Origin: an uncultured Candidatus Saccharibacteria bacterium
Lineage (GTDB): Bacteria; Patescibacteriota; Minisyncoccia; Phycocordibacterales; PALSA-1337
Assembly (NCBI GenBank): GCA_964492835.1
Contig: CAZBLC010000001.1
Coordinates: 19,596 to 83,595 of the forward strand
Direction of reading: 5' to 3'
Length of the DNA stretch: 64,000 nt
Numbering within the stretch: the stretch's first letter is position 1; every line of letters begins with the position of its first letter. Made by a program: the position numbers and the translations under genes. Positions 1-11,937 of this stretch are shown here, piece after piece. The notes under the pieces are model-generated. The model made no database searches. It was given only the letters and a program-made list of their open reading frames with translations, and was not told where the DNA came from.

Positions 1-159
1 AGTATATTCCGTATTACTAGATCACTTTCGTTCTTCATAGCCCCCCTAGTTGTTACATTAAGTCTAGTGTATGTTACTGAAAAATATCTCTTTGTTGTTT
101 TTGGTGTTATTTGTCTACTTACTCTGTACCCTATTCTAACTATTAAAGATACAAACTAG
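1..159 (+). CDS. C-terminal fragment of a membrane protein (possibly an MFS transporter), truncated by the window edge
   Basis: Frame 1 is open from base 1 to TAG at 157-159: SIFRITRSLSFFIAPLVVTLSLVYVTEKYLFVVFGVICLLTLYPILTIKDTN, two hydrophobic helices. Confidence 0.55.
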   Translation, partial: SIFRITRSLSFFIAPLVVTLSLVYVTEKYLFVVFGVICLLTLYPILTIKDTN

Positions 160-176
160 TGTGATATAATTTTTGA

Positions 177-626
177 ATGAAATTCTACAAAATCCGCGCT
201 TTTATCCTTATACACATCTCAAGAATCCTTTCGGCCATACTTAATGTAGAACTACCTCCAGTAGTATCTGTAACAGCATTGATTAAGAAGAATCAGGAGT
301 TACTTTTTATTGATTTATCATACCTAAATGGTATTGGCCTTCCAGGTGGTTTGGTTAAAGTAAATGAGGATATAGGTAATGCATTAAAAAGAGAAATAAA
401 GGAGGAAACTGGCTTTGATGTTATTAACTCTAAGTATCTTTTCTCAATACCTTCAAGCTTTAGAGATATACCTACGATATCAATTGTATTTGAAGTAGAA
501 GTAAGTGGTGAATTAAATTCATCAAATGAAGGTAAGCCATTCTGGAGTAGCCCTACAAATGAGGTTATCGAGAAACTTGCTTATGATGGTGCGAAGGTTG
601 TAGTACGAAAATATTTAAATATATAG
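177..626 (+). CDS. NUDIX hydrolase
   Basis: Nudix box PGGLVKVNEDIGNALKREIKEETG. Confidence 0.9.
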   Translation: MKFYKIRAFILIHISRILSAILNVELPPVVSVTALIKKNQELLFIDLSYLNGIGLPGGLVKVNEDIGNALKREIKEETGFDVINSKYLFSIPSSFRDIPTISIVFEVEVSGELNSSNEGKPFWSSPTNEVIEKLAYDGAKVVVRKYLNI

Positions 627-685
627 TCTTTTGCTTTCCCCTCCCAATTCATATATAATTCCTCTGCTAATTAATAATTAAATAG

Positions 686-1987
<1,302 letters not shown>

Positions 1988-1992
1988 TTACA

Positions 1993-2020
1993 CAAAACAG
2001 CTCCTTCGGGAGCTGTTTTG
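1993..2020 (+). terminator. Intrinsic terminator after eno
   Basis: Perfect 12-bp stem CAAAACAGCTCC / GGAGCTGTTTTG with a C(TTCG)G tetraloop. Confidence 0.85.
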
Positions 2021-2060
2021 CTATGATAGACAGCGTACATAATTCTGTTAAAATACCCTT

Positions 2061-3575
2061 ATGACAAATACAAATTCAAAACAAGTTACCCTTATCGTCC
2101 TTGATGGATGGGGCTACAGAGAAGATACTACTGCTAATGCCATTAAAGCATCTAAAACTCCTAATTTTGATAGATTATGGTCAACATACCCACATACTCT
2201 ACTAAACGCTTCTGGATTAGCTGTAGGGCTTCCTGAGGGTCAGATGGGTAATAGCGAGATCGGACACCAGACAATTGGTGCTGGTAAGGTTATCGACACT
2301 GAACTAGTTAGAATTGACAAGGCGATTGAAACTGGTGAATTTGCAAAGAACAAAGCACTCATTTCCCTATTCGATCATGTAAAGAAGAATAACTCTACAC
2401 TACATGTTCAGGGTCTTTTGAGTGATGGAGGTGTGCACAGTCATGAAAATCATCTTTTTGCTTTTCTAAGAACTGCTAAGGATGCTGGTATTAAAAATAT
2501 CGCTATTCATATCTTTACAGATGGTAGAGATACTGCCCCACAAAGTGCTTCTAAGTATATTAAAGAACTAGAAGCAGTCCTACTTGAAATCGGTGTTGGA
2601 AAGATTGCATCTATATCTGGAAGATTCTATGCGATGGATAGAGATAATAACTGGGATAGATTGGCTAAGACTGAAAATGCAATCTTTGAATGTAAAGGAA
2701 ATGTATGTAGTATTACTCCTTCTGATTATGTTAGTAACCTATACAAAGAAGGTAAACTAGATGAACACCTGGAACCTATAGTATGTCTAGATTACGAAGG
2801 TAAAGGATGTAGTATCTCTGATAACGATGCTGTCTTTTTCTATAACTTCAGAGCAGATAGAGCACGCATGATTTCAAGTAAGCTTATGGAACGCCAAAAA
2901 GCACAGAATATCTGTTTTGCTACAATGACTGAATATGGAACAGAGTTTAAATGTTTAATTGCATTTCCTCCATCAAAGATTGAGACTACAATTGCTGCAG
3001 AGGTATCTAAGTCTAATCTTTCTCAAGCACATATCGCTGAGACTGAAAAGTTTCCTCATGCTACATATTTCTTAAACGGTGGTGTAGAGAAACCATATCC
3101 TGGAGAGAGACACATAATGCTTGATAGTAGAAAGGATGTACCAACTCATGATCTAGCACCAAAGATGAGAGCTGAGGGTATTGCTGATAAGGCTGTAGAG
3201 GAAATTAATAATGGTACAAACTTTATCTTCATTAACTTTGCAAACCCAGACATGGTTGGACATACAGCAAATGTTCCTGCGATTATAATTGCAATTGAAG
3301 AGACTGATAAGCAACTAGGTAGAGTTATCGAGGCTCTTGAGAAGAAAGGTGGTGTCGCTTTCATAACTGCTGACCATGGTAATGCTGAAGTAAATATTGA
3401 TCCTATAACTGGAAAGAATCATACTTCTCATACGATTAATCCTGTGCCTGCAATAGTTACATCACATGATGTTAAATTAAGAGATGGAGGCGGACTATCT
3501 GATATTGCACCTACAATATTGAAGATGTTTGGTATAGAGAAGCCAGTAGTAATGACTGGACAAAGTCTAGTTTAA
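2061..3575 (+). CDS. gpmI: 2,3-bisphosphoglycerate-independent phosphoglycerate mutase
   Basis: LDGWG, GQMGNSEIGH, GRFYAMDRD, NFRADRAR, DMVGHT, TADHGNAE motifs. Confidence 0.98.
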   Translation: MTNTNSKQVTLIVLDGWGYREDTTANAIKASKTPNFDRLWSTYPHTLLNASGLAVGLPEGQMGNSEIGHQTIGAGKVIDTELVRIDKAIETGEFAKNKALISLFDHVKKNNSTLHVQGLLSDGGVHSHENHLFAFLRTAKDAGIKNIAIHIFTDGRDTAPQSASKYIKELEAVLLEIGVGKIASISGRFYAMDRDNNWDRLAKTENAIFECKGNVCSITPSDYVSNLYKEGKLDEHLEPIVCLDYEGKGCSISDNDAVFFYNFRADRARMISSKLMERQKAQNICFATMTEYGTEFKCLIAFPPSKIETTIAAEVSKSNLSQAHIAETEKFPHATYFLNGGVEKPYPGERHIMLDSRKDVPTHDLAPKMRAEGIADKAVEEINNGTNFIFINFANPDMVGHTANVPAIIIAIEETDKQLGRVIEALEKKGGVAFITADHGNAEVNIDPITGKNHTSHTINPVPAIVTSHDVKLRDGGGLSDIAPTILKMFGIEKPVVMTGQSLV

Positions 3576-4843
3576 ATTTTTGTAGTTTGGTATCGGATAT
3601 ACAGCATTCTAAAATACTTAACCAAAAGTATTATTAATGTTGTAGTAAACAGACCAAGACCAATACCTGCCATTACATCAGATACCCAGTGCACTCCTAG
3701 ATATATTCTACTAAAGGAGACCGTAAGGAGTAGTAGGGCCACTAGAGAAATTGATATTTCTCTCAATACCATTGAGTTAATTTTAACCAAGAATAGATAT
3801 ACTAGCAGTACAGAGAATGTTGTTATAGCAATTGCATGTCCACTTGGAAAGCTATATCCTGACTCAACAATATATCCGAATTCTGGACGTAATCTCAATA
3901 CCATATTCTTTATGAAGAAAGTAACTAGATATGATCCGCTTAGAGAAAGAAATATTATGATTGAGTCGTAGTATTTCTTTTTATACATAAAGTATGCAAT
4001 ACCAACTAGAGAGTATAGGATGATTGATGATGGACTGAATACATTTGTGATTATATTCATTACAGAAGACAGCATTGGTGTTGAATGAGCGATGAAATAT
4101 GCGTTTGCAAATAGGTCAAATTGTAATAGAAATACCTTATCAGTTAGTGCATCCTGTATTGTTTTGAAGAAAAGGTATAGACCGAATAGGTTAAATATTA
4201 GAGTAATTAATTCATACTTAACAAAGACATGGAAGTGTTTGTTAATAAACCTATATCCCCATATAACTAGAATACCTATAAATATAGCGATAACTATATA
4301 CTTACCAAGTACCGCAGACACAGCATGGTAACCTGCGCCAAATATGTAACCTATACCGATCGAGAATATGGCCCATAGAAATACAGCTATGAAATCATAT
4401 AGCCAAAAACTTTTAATATGTATTCTACTTGCACCTACTATAAACGGAGTAAATGATCTTGTTAGTGGACTGAAGCGACCGAATATAATTGTTTTAGCGG
4501 AATTAGCTTGTATCAAACTCCTAGCCTTGTCTATATACTCTCTTTTGATAAAGAAATATGGACCATACTTATTTACGAAATCAAAACCATACTTATGTCC
4601 AATGTGATATCCCAAAAAGTCTCCAATCATAGAACTTACCAATACAATTCCAAATACTACATACACATTCATCAAATCGATCTTAGATAGAAAACCTGAA
4701 ATAACGACAATGGTATTTCCTGGAACGAACTGTCCCATGATTGGAATACCCTCTAATATACTTGTAATTGATACTAAGATATACCCTCCATGCTCAACAA
4801 TTAACTGTAAATTTTGACCCACGGAGTGTATGAATTGAAACAT
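3572..4843 (-). CDS. Bifunctional DedA family / PAP2 phosphatase membrane protein
   Basis: N-terminal DedA (FVPG, GRFSPLTRSF, GASR); C-terminal PAP2 motifs KxxxxRxRP, SFPSGH, SRIYLGVHW. Confidence 0.92.
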   Translation of the reverse strand: MFQFIHSVGQNLQLIVEHGGYILVSITSILEGIPIMGQFVPGNTIVVISGFLSKIDLMNVYVVFGIVLVSSMIGDFLGYHIGHKYGFDFVNKYGPYFFIKREYIDKARSLIQANSAKTIIFGRFSPLTRSFTPFIVGASRIHIKSFWLYDFIAVFLWAIFSIGIGYIFGAGYHAVSAVLGKYIVIAIFIGILVIWGYRFINKHFHVFVKYELITLIFNLFGLYLFFKTIQDALTDKVFLLQFDLFANAYFIAHSTPMLSSVMNIITNVFSPSSIILYSLVGIAYFMYKKKYYDSIIIFLSLSGSYLVTFFIKNMVLRLRPEFGYIVESGYSFPSGHAIAITTFSVLLVYLFLVKINSMVLREISISLVALLLLTVSFSRIYLGVHWVSDVMAGIGLGLFTTTLIILLVKYFRMLYIRYQTTKI

Positions 4844-4876
4844 AGAATTATTATGTAAATATTATACCACAAATGC

Positions 4877-4903
4877 GATAAAATTCTGATAAAATTTTTA
4901 TCA
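4877..4903. promoter_or_regulatory. GATAAAATT direct repeats (11-bp period) plus inverted repeat; candidate regulator site
   Basis: GATAAAATT at 4877 and 4888; TGATAAAA-T-TTTTATCA at 4887-4903, between the divergent DedA-PAP2 and regulator genes. Confidence 0.5.
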
Positions 4904-4958
4904 CTGATTTCCCCACTAATTGTATGACTTTATCGCTAATCTAGGATATTATCACCTC

Positions 4959-5630
4959 ATGAAAATACTAATCATAGAAGATGATTTGGATATATCTAGC
5001 TATATTAGGAATAACTTTATCGAGGATTCATTTACTGTAGATGTTGCTCGTAATAGCAGTAATGGCTCATATATGGCTCGTACTAACTTCTATGATGTAA
5101 TAGTTATAGATTACGCATTACCTGATAAGGATGGGATATCTTTATGTGTTGAACTTAGAGAGTCTGGAATAGAGACACCTATAATATTTTTAACGAACAA
5201 CAAAGAGATGCGTAAAAGAATCTCTGCCCTTGAGAAAGGAGCTGATGACTATATGACTAAACCCTTCGCACTAGAGGAATTGAGAGCTCGTATACTTGCT
5301 CTAGCTAGGAGACCGAAGCATGTTGAGGATCCAATACTCACAGTCGATGATCTTGTATTGGATACTAACCGAAGAACAGCTCGTAGGGGTAATACTCAGA
5401 TATATTTAACTAGAAAAACGTATAACCTACTTGAATACCTTATGAAAAACAAAGGTACTGTACTATCTAGAGGTGTCATAATGGAGTATGTGTGGAACTC
5501 TGAAGGTGATCCATTCTCAAATACCGTAGAAGCTCATATCCTTTCACTTAGAAAGAAGATTAATGTAGGAGGTAAGAGAAATTTACTTCGTAATATACCT
5601 GGTAGAGGATATATTATTGATACTAACTAG
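4959..5630 (+). CDS. OmpR/PhoB-family response regulator (no kinase in the window)
   Basis: MKILIIEDD receiver, phospho-acceptor in VIDY, GADDYMTKPF, winged helix VEAHILSLRKK..GRGY; start moved to ATG 4959. Confidence 0.93.
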   Translation: MKILIIEDDLDISSYIRNNFIEDSFTVDVARNSSNGSYMARTNFYDVIVIDYALPDKDGISLCVELRESGIETPIIFLTNNKEMRKRISALEKGADDYMTKPFALEELRARILALARRPKHVEDPILTVDDLVLDTNRRTARRGNTQIYLTRKTYNLLEYLMKNKGTVLSRGVIMEYVWNSEGDPFSNTVEAHILSLRKKINVGGKRNLLRNIPGRGYIIDTN

Positions 5631-7858
5631 TTTAATTTAACTGTACCACTCTGAATATCCTTTATTAACTTATCAACTTGTGTCTTAAGTAGTGGGAATT
5701 TAGTACGAGCAATATTTAGTACTTCTATAGCCTTTGCATTCTGCTTATCAAGAAGATATACATATGCCAATCCTGAATATAGCTCCTGACTATCTGGTGT
5801 ATCCTTTATTAGCTTGTTGTAAATCTCTACAGCTTTAGAATATTTCTTTATACCCACATATGCTCTAATGATATTTGGATCATAGAAGCTCTGATCATTT
5901 GGGAATAGCTTTAGAGCTGTTGCCTCATTACCAGTTGTAATCAATGTTGAAATATAAAATACCTTTGCGTTTATGTTATCCGGAGCTGACTTATATGCAT
6001 TCTCCATTAGGAATATTGCCTCCTTGTCTCTCTTAACATTTAGGTAGTTAGAAGCTAGTTGATACACTATTGTCTGCTTGTTAGGTGATAGTTGATTAGC
6101 TTTTTCAAGTAATGGAGTTCCATTAGCATAATCTGATATTGAATCGTAGAATCCACCTCCAAGGATATATATTCTTGCATCATTTGGTGTTTCCTTTATC
6201 TGATCTTCAATTCCCTTCTTTGCTAGGTTATAGAAATCTATCTTTGTCTTCTCTGGTATTCCATTTTGTCTGATTACTCCTGATGCACAATTAAGTAATT
6301 GTTCTCTAATTTCTTGATTAGATAGACTTAGATCTAGATCTAGTGCTTTAACAAATGAATCTATTGTAACTGTAGGTGGCTTTGTACAAGCTCGTAAACC
6401 ATCAATTAATCTTGTATTTGCTTGTATTGGCTTAATGTTTACAACATATACCATACCAGCAAACAGGATGATGATTATAGGGGTTATTACATAATCTCTT
6501 ATCGTTATATAGTCTTCAGTTGCAATCTGTTCATGCTTTTTGAATAGCTTACAAGGAGTTCCTGGTCTTAGAGTGGATACAAAAGCTAGGAATGTAAAGA
6601 ACATTACATAGCTTGTCTGGTTATCGAATACGAATACATTGTGTATTCCATATCCGACAAGTAATCCGATTAATACTGATTTCTGTGCTACTGTCTGATC
6701 ACTCTTTAAGATATATATTAGAGAAATTACATATAGAGAGAGGTATGCTAGTAGACCTAGTAATCCCCCTGCTACCAACCAATCTAGGAACACACTGTGT
6801 GCTCTATCAAACCATTGTTCATGTGCCCACATCTTAGGATTGTAGTTTGCATTGAAGATATAGTTGAAGTTCTCCTGACCAATTCCGATTATCGCAGTCT
6901 TTACACTTCCAAAAGATTCTTTAACTGCCATTGGCCATATATATCCTCTTGCTTGTGTCTTTGTGTCTGTTATAGATATAGTAGCAATACGTCCTAGTAC
7001 AGAGTTGTTCTGTATCCATTTAGCATCTCTGTTGTAAAAGAATATGATACCCAGAAGGATAATACCTCCGATGATACTTCCTGAAATTATTCTAGACTTA
7101 TTTGTCTGTCCTGTTTCCTTTCTTCCAAGGATCGCATACAGAGCAAGAGTTATTATCACTGCAAGTATCCAACCTAGTATTGTTCCTCTTGTTGCTGTTT
7201 GGAACATTACAAAAGAAAATATAGCTGACAGAATGGTATAGATATAGAAATAGTGATTCTTCTTAGAGTAGTACGCTATTGCCATATACATAGCTATAAA
7301 TGCATTTATTAGCATGTAAATTGCCATATATGCTGAATTACCTAGGGATGCATCTACACGACTTCCTTGATGAGTTTTAGCCCAACCAAAGAACTGGAAT
7401 AGGCCGTATATAGCAGTAATAAAACCAGCTATCAAGATAACATCGAAAAACTTCTTCCAATTCTCTTTTGTAGTAAGTACTGATGAAAGCACCATAATGT
7501 ACATCCATAGATGGACGATTATTATCCAACCCTCCATTCTTTCAAAATTTGACCAGATACTACGTAGAGGATTTAGTCCGAATATGTTTGCTATTAGAGT
7601 TATTACAGTAAATACCGTGACAGCAATAGTTATACCGTTCATCTTAGGTAATATACTTGTATCCTTACCCTTCTCTCTAAAGATTAGTATGACCCACAAT
7701 GCAAACACTATCTCTACCAATATTCTAAATACAAATGCCTTTCCGGAGATGAATGGGAAGAATAGCGGACTGGCTACGTATAAAGGTATAAAAGAAATTG
7801 CTCCAAGACCTATAATAATGGCGTATTTAAAAATACTGTTGTTTGTGGTATTGTTCAT
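5627..7858 (-). CDS. O-antigen ligase / O-oligosaccharyltransferase-like (Wzy_C) membrane protein with C-terminal TPR repeats
   Basis: Many TM helices, SLGNSAY, TATRG, GIGQENF, FDRAHSVFLD motifs; TPR-like helical tail. Confidence 0.85.
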   Translation of the reverse strand: MNNTTNNSIFKYAIIIGLGAISFIPLYVASPLFFPFISGKAFVFRILVEIVFALWVILIFREKGKDTSILPKMNGITIAVTVFTVITLIANIFGLNPLRSIWSNFERMEGWIIIVHLWMYIMVLSSVLTTKENWKKFFDVILIAGFITAIYGLFQFFGWAKTHQGSRVDASLGNSAYMAIYMLINAFIAMYMAIAYYSKKNHYFYIYTILSAIFSFVMFQTATRGTILGWILAVIITLALYAILGRKETGQTNKSRIISGSIIGGIILLGIIFFYNRDAKWIQNNSVLGRIATISITDTKTQARGYIWPMAVKESFGSVKTAIIGIGQENFNYIFNANYNPKMWAHEQWFDRAHSVFLDWLVAGGLLGLLAYLSLYVISLIYILKSDQTVAQKSVLIGLLVGYGIHNVFVFDNQTSYVMFFTFLAFVSTLRPGTPCKLFKKHEQIATEDYITIRDYVITPIIIILFAGMVYVVNIKPIQANTRLIDGLRACTKPPTVTIDSFVKALDLDLSLSNQEIREQLLNCASGVIRQNGIPEKTKIDFYNLAKKGIEDQIKETPNDARIYILGGGFYDSISDYANGTPLLEKANQLSPNKQTIVYQLASNYLNVKRDKEAIFLMENAYKSAPDNINAKVFYISTLITTGNEATALKLFPNDQSFYDPNIIRAYVGIKKYSKAVEIYNKLIKDTPDSQELYSGLAYVYLLDKQNAKAIEVLNIARTKFPLLKTQVDKLIKDIQSGTVKLN

Positions 7859-7867
7859 GATAATAAG

Positions 7868-9151
7868 ATGATATCACACTATAAAAACAAACTCTATTAC
7901 TTACTAAAAGCAAGTGAGAAATATACAAAAACGGACATGATATACCTAATTAGAGGTGGTTTTTGGCTTACTCTAGCTAATGTATTAACATCAGCAATGG
8001 TGTTTATAATGGCTATCGTATTTGCAAATCATATACCAGCTCATGAATATGGGGTATATAAATATTTCCTATCAGTACTTGGAATATTGTCGATCACAAC
8101 ATTGACAGGTATAGGAGGCATGGTCTCACAAGCAGTTGCACGAGGACTCGAAGGATCGTTAATAGAAGGATTAAAGGCAAAAATACGTTGGGGTACTGTT
8201 GGTGGAGTAGTTAGTATTTGTATCGGAATTTATTATTATATGAACGGAAATAATGAATTAGCGACTGTATTTATGTTAGCTTGTCTATTTATTCCTTTTA
8301 TGGACTCTTTTCATATATATCAAAATTATTTACAGGGTAAAAAAATATTCAATGTTTCTTCACGCTACATTACAATTAGTCAATTCTTTGCTACAGCAAT
8401 CATGATAACCATCGTATTGATAACAAGTAATATTTTTATTATCTTACTTACATATCTTATATCATGGACACTTGTTAGGTTATTCTTTTTTGTAAAAACA
8501 ATCAAACTTTACCCACCCAACAAAGAAAGCGATCCCAACACAATAATAATGGGTAAACACTCAAGCTTTATTGATATAATAGCTACCCTAATAGGGTCCC
8601 TTGACTCGATACTGATTTTCCATTATTTAGGTTCAATTGAACTTGCAGTCTATAGTTTTGCCATAGCACCCGTAACACAAATGGTTAGTCTGTTTAGAAA
8701 CATACCGACACTAGCTATGCCTAAAATGGCCAATCGTCATGTAAATGAAATAAAACAATTACTATATAAGAGGATTTTTGTAATATTTATTATATCAATT
8801 ATGGTTGTTATATTATATATGATTTTCGTCCCATATATTTATCAGATATTTTTCCCAAAATATCTGATGTCGATTGAACTATCACGCATATACGCCCTAA
8901 CAATATTAATTTCTATACCATTAACAATGTTGAGTTCAGCAATAAATGCAAAAATAAATATGTTACCAAAAAAAATACTTTATTTATGGAACATTCCAGG
9001 TTTTATATCTACTATTTTTATCTTCGTATCTATTCAAAAAATAGGTGTAGAATCTGTTGTTTATGCTAGGATATTATTACTTCTTGCAACAGCTGCAATA
9101 TCTGCCTATCTTTGGTTTTATATTGTAAAAAAGCAAAATCAACAGCAGTAA
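7868..9151 (+). CDS. wzx: Oligosaccharide flippase (Wzx/MOP family)
   Basis: About 12 TM helices, EYGVYKY and LGSIELAVYS patterns typical of Wzx; glycan locus context. Confidence 0.8.
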   Translation: MISHYKNKLYYLLKASEKYTKTDMIYLIRGGFWLTLANVLTSAMVFIMAIVFANHIPAHEYGVYKYFLSVLGILSITTLTGIGGMVSQAVARGLEGSLIEGLKAKIRWGTVGGVVSICIGIYYYMNGNNELATVFMLACLFIPFMDSFHIYQNYLQGKKIFNVSSRYITISQFFATAIMITIVLITSNIFIILLTYLISWTLVRLFFFVKTIKLYPPNKESDPNTIIMGKHSSFIDIIATLIGSLDSILIFHYLGSIELAVYSFAIAPVTQMVSLFRNIPTLAMPKMANRHVNEIKQLLYKRIFVIFIISIMVVILYMIFVPYIYQIFFPKYLMSIELSRIYALTILISIPLTMLSSAINAKINMLPKKILYLWNIPGFISTIFIFVSIQKIGVESVVYARILLLLATAAISAYLWFYIVKKQNQQQ

Positions 9152-10396
9152 CTATTTGTTATACCAATAGACTGTATCTTTCACATATCTGTCCATATTA
9201 AAAACTTTTTTTACTCTTTCATAACCTGCCTTTCCTAACCTATTTCCATATTCATTATCTGAAAGTATAGAATATATTGCCTCGGCAAACATTTCTATGT
9301 TATTTGGGTTAATAATGAGACCAGTAATCTTATCTAGAATAATTTCTGGAGTACCACCAAAACACGTACCGACAACTGGTTTTGACGCAGCACCTGCCTC
9401 AATATTGAAGAGATTGAATGCGTCAAAATATACAGATGGCGTGATACAGACATCGCATACTGCATATGCTTTTTTCATATCCTCACGAGACAGCCACCCA
9501 GTAAAGACTATGTTATTTATAACACCAATATCTTTTGCATACTTTAATAAATATTTTGAATAGTCATTTGGGGTACCTGCTATTAGTAATGCTATTGATG
9601 TATCTTTTTTAATTAAAAGACTTAGTGCATCAATAGCGATCTTTCCTCCTTTTGCTTCACTCAATCGGCCGCCAAATAAAATTACCTTTGAATTATTTAA
9701 ATTTAATTTATTACTAAATTCTCCATTATCATCATCATTAGCTATGGTACTATCAGTACTTATTCCATAATAAACCGTTTCTACATTTACTATTCTATTT
9801 TGATTTAATGCGTCTTTTAATCTATTCGATATTGCAAATATCTTTTTGGGATATTTATTCAAACAATATCTTATGAATAAATTCCTTAAAGGATTATATC
9901 TTTTCTTTGCTGTCATTAAATTTTTAATAAATCCAACTTTATAAGAAAATTTATTTTGTACCTCAAGATTTCTCTTATCATAGAAATTTATGAGCTTTCC
10001 GTAATTAAACGCCATCGCATCATGTGTTGTTAGGAATAACTTATTTGTAAATCTTCTTGCTAAGATTAGGGTATAGTATGAAAGATAGTGATGAACATTA
10101 TGAGCGTGTATAACTTCAGGTTTTATTTGATTAATAAGTTTCTTTACCTTACCAACTGACCTGTAATTATACAGACTGAAATAACCTGACAATCTTCCGT
10201 CGTAGTCTATATATAGGTTGTAAACTTTCATTCCTTCCACGATCTTCTCACCAGCATCAGATTTATTTTGTACGGTAGTAATTATATGAAGTTCGTGACC
10301 AGCACTAGCCAGCCCACAAGCGAGGTTGTAAGTTATTATACCCGCTCCTCCAAAGCTTTTTGGTGGAAAGTCATCCGATAAAAATAATATTTTCAT
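9152..10396 (-). CDS. Glycosyltransferase family 4
   Basis: FPPKSFGGAG start, GRLSEAKG, DAFNLFNIEAGA variant of the EX7E motif. Confidence 0.9.
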   Translation of the reverse strand: MKILFLSDDFPPKSFGGAGIITYNLACGLASAGHELHIITTVQNKSDAGEKIVEGMKVYNLYIDYDGRLSGYFSLYNYRSVGKVKKLINQIKPEVIHAHNVHHYLSYYTLILARRFTNKLFLTTHDAMAFNYGKLINFYDKRNLEVQNKFSYKVGFIKNLMTAKKRYNPLRNLFIRYCLNKYPKKIFAISNRLKDALNQNRIVNVETVYYGISTDSTIANDDDNGEFSNKLNLNNSKVILFGGRLSEAKGGKIAIDALSLLIKKDTSIALLIAGTPNDYSKYLLKYAKDIGVINNIVFTGWLSREDMKKAYAVCDVCITPSVYFDAFNLFNIEAGAASKPVVGTCFGGTPEIILDKITGLIINPNNIEMFAEAIYSILSDNEYGNRLGKAGYERVKKVFNMDRYVKDTVYWYNK

Positions 10397-11040
10397 TATT
10401 TTTCAAAAATAAAACACCAACCTAAGGTATTTTTTCTATTTGCTTCACTTTTATCAAACGTATCGAGCAACATCATAAACTTACCATAAATCAAGATAAA
10501 CTTTCCCAGAACTCTTCCCAGTATTGGTCTCTTATACAATCTTAGTTTATCTATTAAATATCTTATTAAAATCTGTGCTCTTGTGGTAAAAAACCCTCCT
10601 CTCTGCTCATAAACAATAGTTTTAAATCCTATGTTTTCAAACATACTTATTAGACCGAATTTTGTGTATCTAAAGAAATCGTTTGGTTCTTCATGAAGTT
10701 CGTTCATCTGTGGTGCAGTTACCAATATGTGACCGCCGGTCTTTAAAATTCTATAAAACTCTTCTACAGCTTCAAACGGCTTATTTAGATGCTCCATGAC
10801 TTGGGTACAAACTATAGAATCAATGCTATTATCTCGCATGGGTATGCTTTCAGCTCGACCAACGACATCTACTCCAGGAAATTTCTCAACATCCATGGTT
10901 ATATATTTACTACAAGGAAAAATTCCTTTATACCTTCCACCTTCTCCGGCACCAATATCAAGAGTTTCACCAACAATATATTTAGAATATTTTATGACTT
11001 GCTGCCTCAATATTATTCTTTCTGGTTGAAAAATATACAT
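10396..11040 (-). CDS. Class I SAM-dependent methyltransferase
   Basis: LDIGAGEG, QVMEHL, RILKTGG, HEEPNDFFRYT. Confidence 0.88.
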   Translation of the reverse strand: MYIFQPERIILRQQVIKYSKYIVGETLDIGAGEGGRYKGIFPCSKYITMDVEKFPGVDVVGRAESIPMRDNSIDSIVCTQVMEHLNKPFEAVEEFYRILKTGGHILVTAPQMNELHEEPNDFFRYTKFGLISMFENIGFKTIVYEQRGGFFTTRAQILIRYLIDKLRLYKRPILGRVLGKFILIYGKFMMLLDTFDKSEANRKNTLGWCFIFEK

Positions 11041-11044
11041 AATT

Positions 11045-11893
11045 TTACTTTGTTACAGTACCCAATTTTTCTTTTAATATTTTTCTATATACTCCCTCTT
11101 CCCAATATCTGTAATCCTGTCTCTTTAGACCAACAAAAAATTCAATCATAAGATCATAAAGTGCCCTTAGAGATGCGTATCTGAACCCCTCTCTCTCTTT
11201 CCTCATATTTTTAGAAAAATAAATCTTTTTAAATTTATATTGGAATTTCCACAAACCTCGTAGTAAATGACCAAAGAATGATTTTGTCTTTGGTGTTCTT
11301 TCAATCTCCAAACTCAAATAATAAAAGCGACTGTGCGGCATAAGTAACCAATGTTTCTCCCTCTGGCAATGCCATACTGGATATGGGAAGATGATAGGTT
11401 TAAAACTATGCATCAAATGCTCATGTACTCTGGAATCAGAATCAGTACCGTGAAAAACTTCATTTCCACGCCTAGTAATTCTTTCAATTGATTCTTCAAA
11501 GCTAGTTAGCAAATCATCACACCTTACAATAGTTACCACCTCTGGTCTGTTCTTAATTAAAAATGGTCTGATATTTTCTTTAAAACTTTCACTAAGCCTT
11601 TCGTCAGCATCAAGCACCAAAATATAATCCATGGTACATTTTGACATTACAAAGTTCTTTGCAAGCCCAAAATGAAAATCTCCTGGAGACTTATAATGAT
11701 GAAGTGCTATCTTTGTATTTCCCTTATTTATATAACTTTGAACTATCTGAACAGTGTCATCTAGTGATCCAGTATCTGAAATAATTATTTCATCAGCAAA
11801 TTCTAGAAGTGATGAAATAAATCCGTCAATACGCTTTGCTTCAGTGTTTACAGTTGCACAAACAGAAATAGTCGGTGTTACGATTTTATTCAT
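11045..11893 (-). CDS. Glycosyltransferase family 2
   Basis: DTGSLDDT, LVLDADERL (DxD), RVHEHL. Confidence 0.88.
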   Translation of the reverse strand: MNKIVTPTISVCATVNTEAKRIDGFISSLLEFADEIIISDTGSLDDTVQIVQSYINKGNTKIALHHYKSPGDFHFGLAKNFVMSKCTMDYILVLDADERLSESFKENIRPFLIKNRPEVVTIVRCDDLLTSFEESIERITRRGNEVFHGTDSDSRVHEHLMHSFKPIIFPYPVWHCQREKHWLLMPHSRFYYLSLEIERTPKTKSFFGHLLRGLWKFQYKFKKIYFSKNMRKEREGFRYASLRALYDLMIEFFVGLKRQDYRYWEEGVYRKILKEKLGTVTK

Positions 11894-11937
11894 ATAAATA
11901 TCATATCAAAATAAGGATAATATTCAATCTTTAGCTA

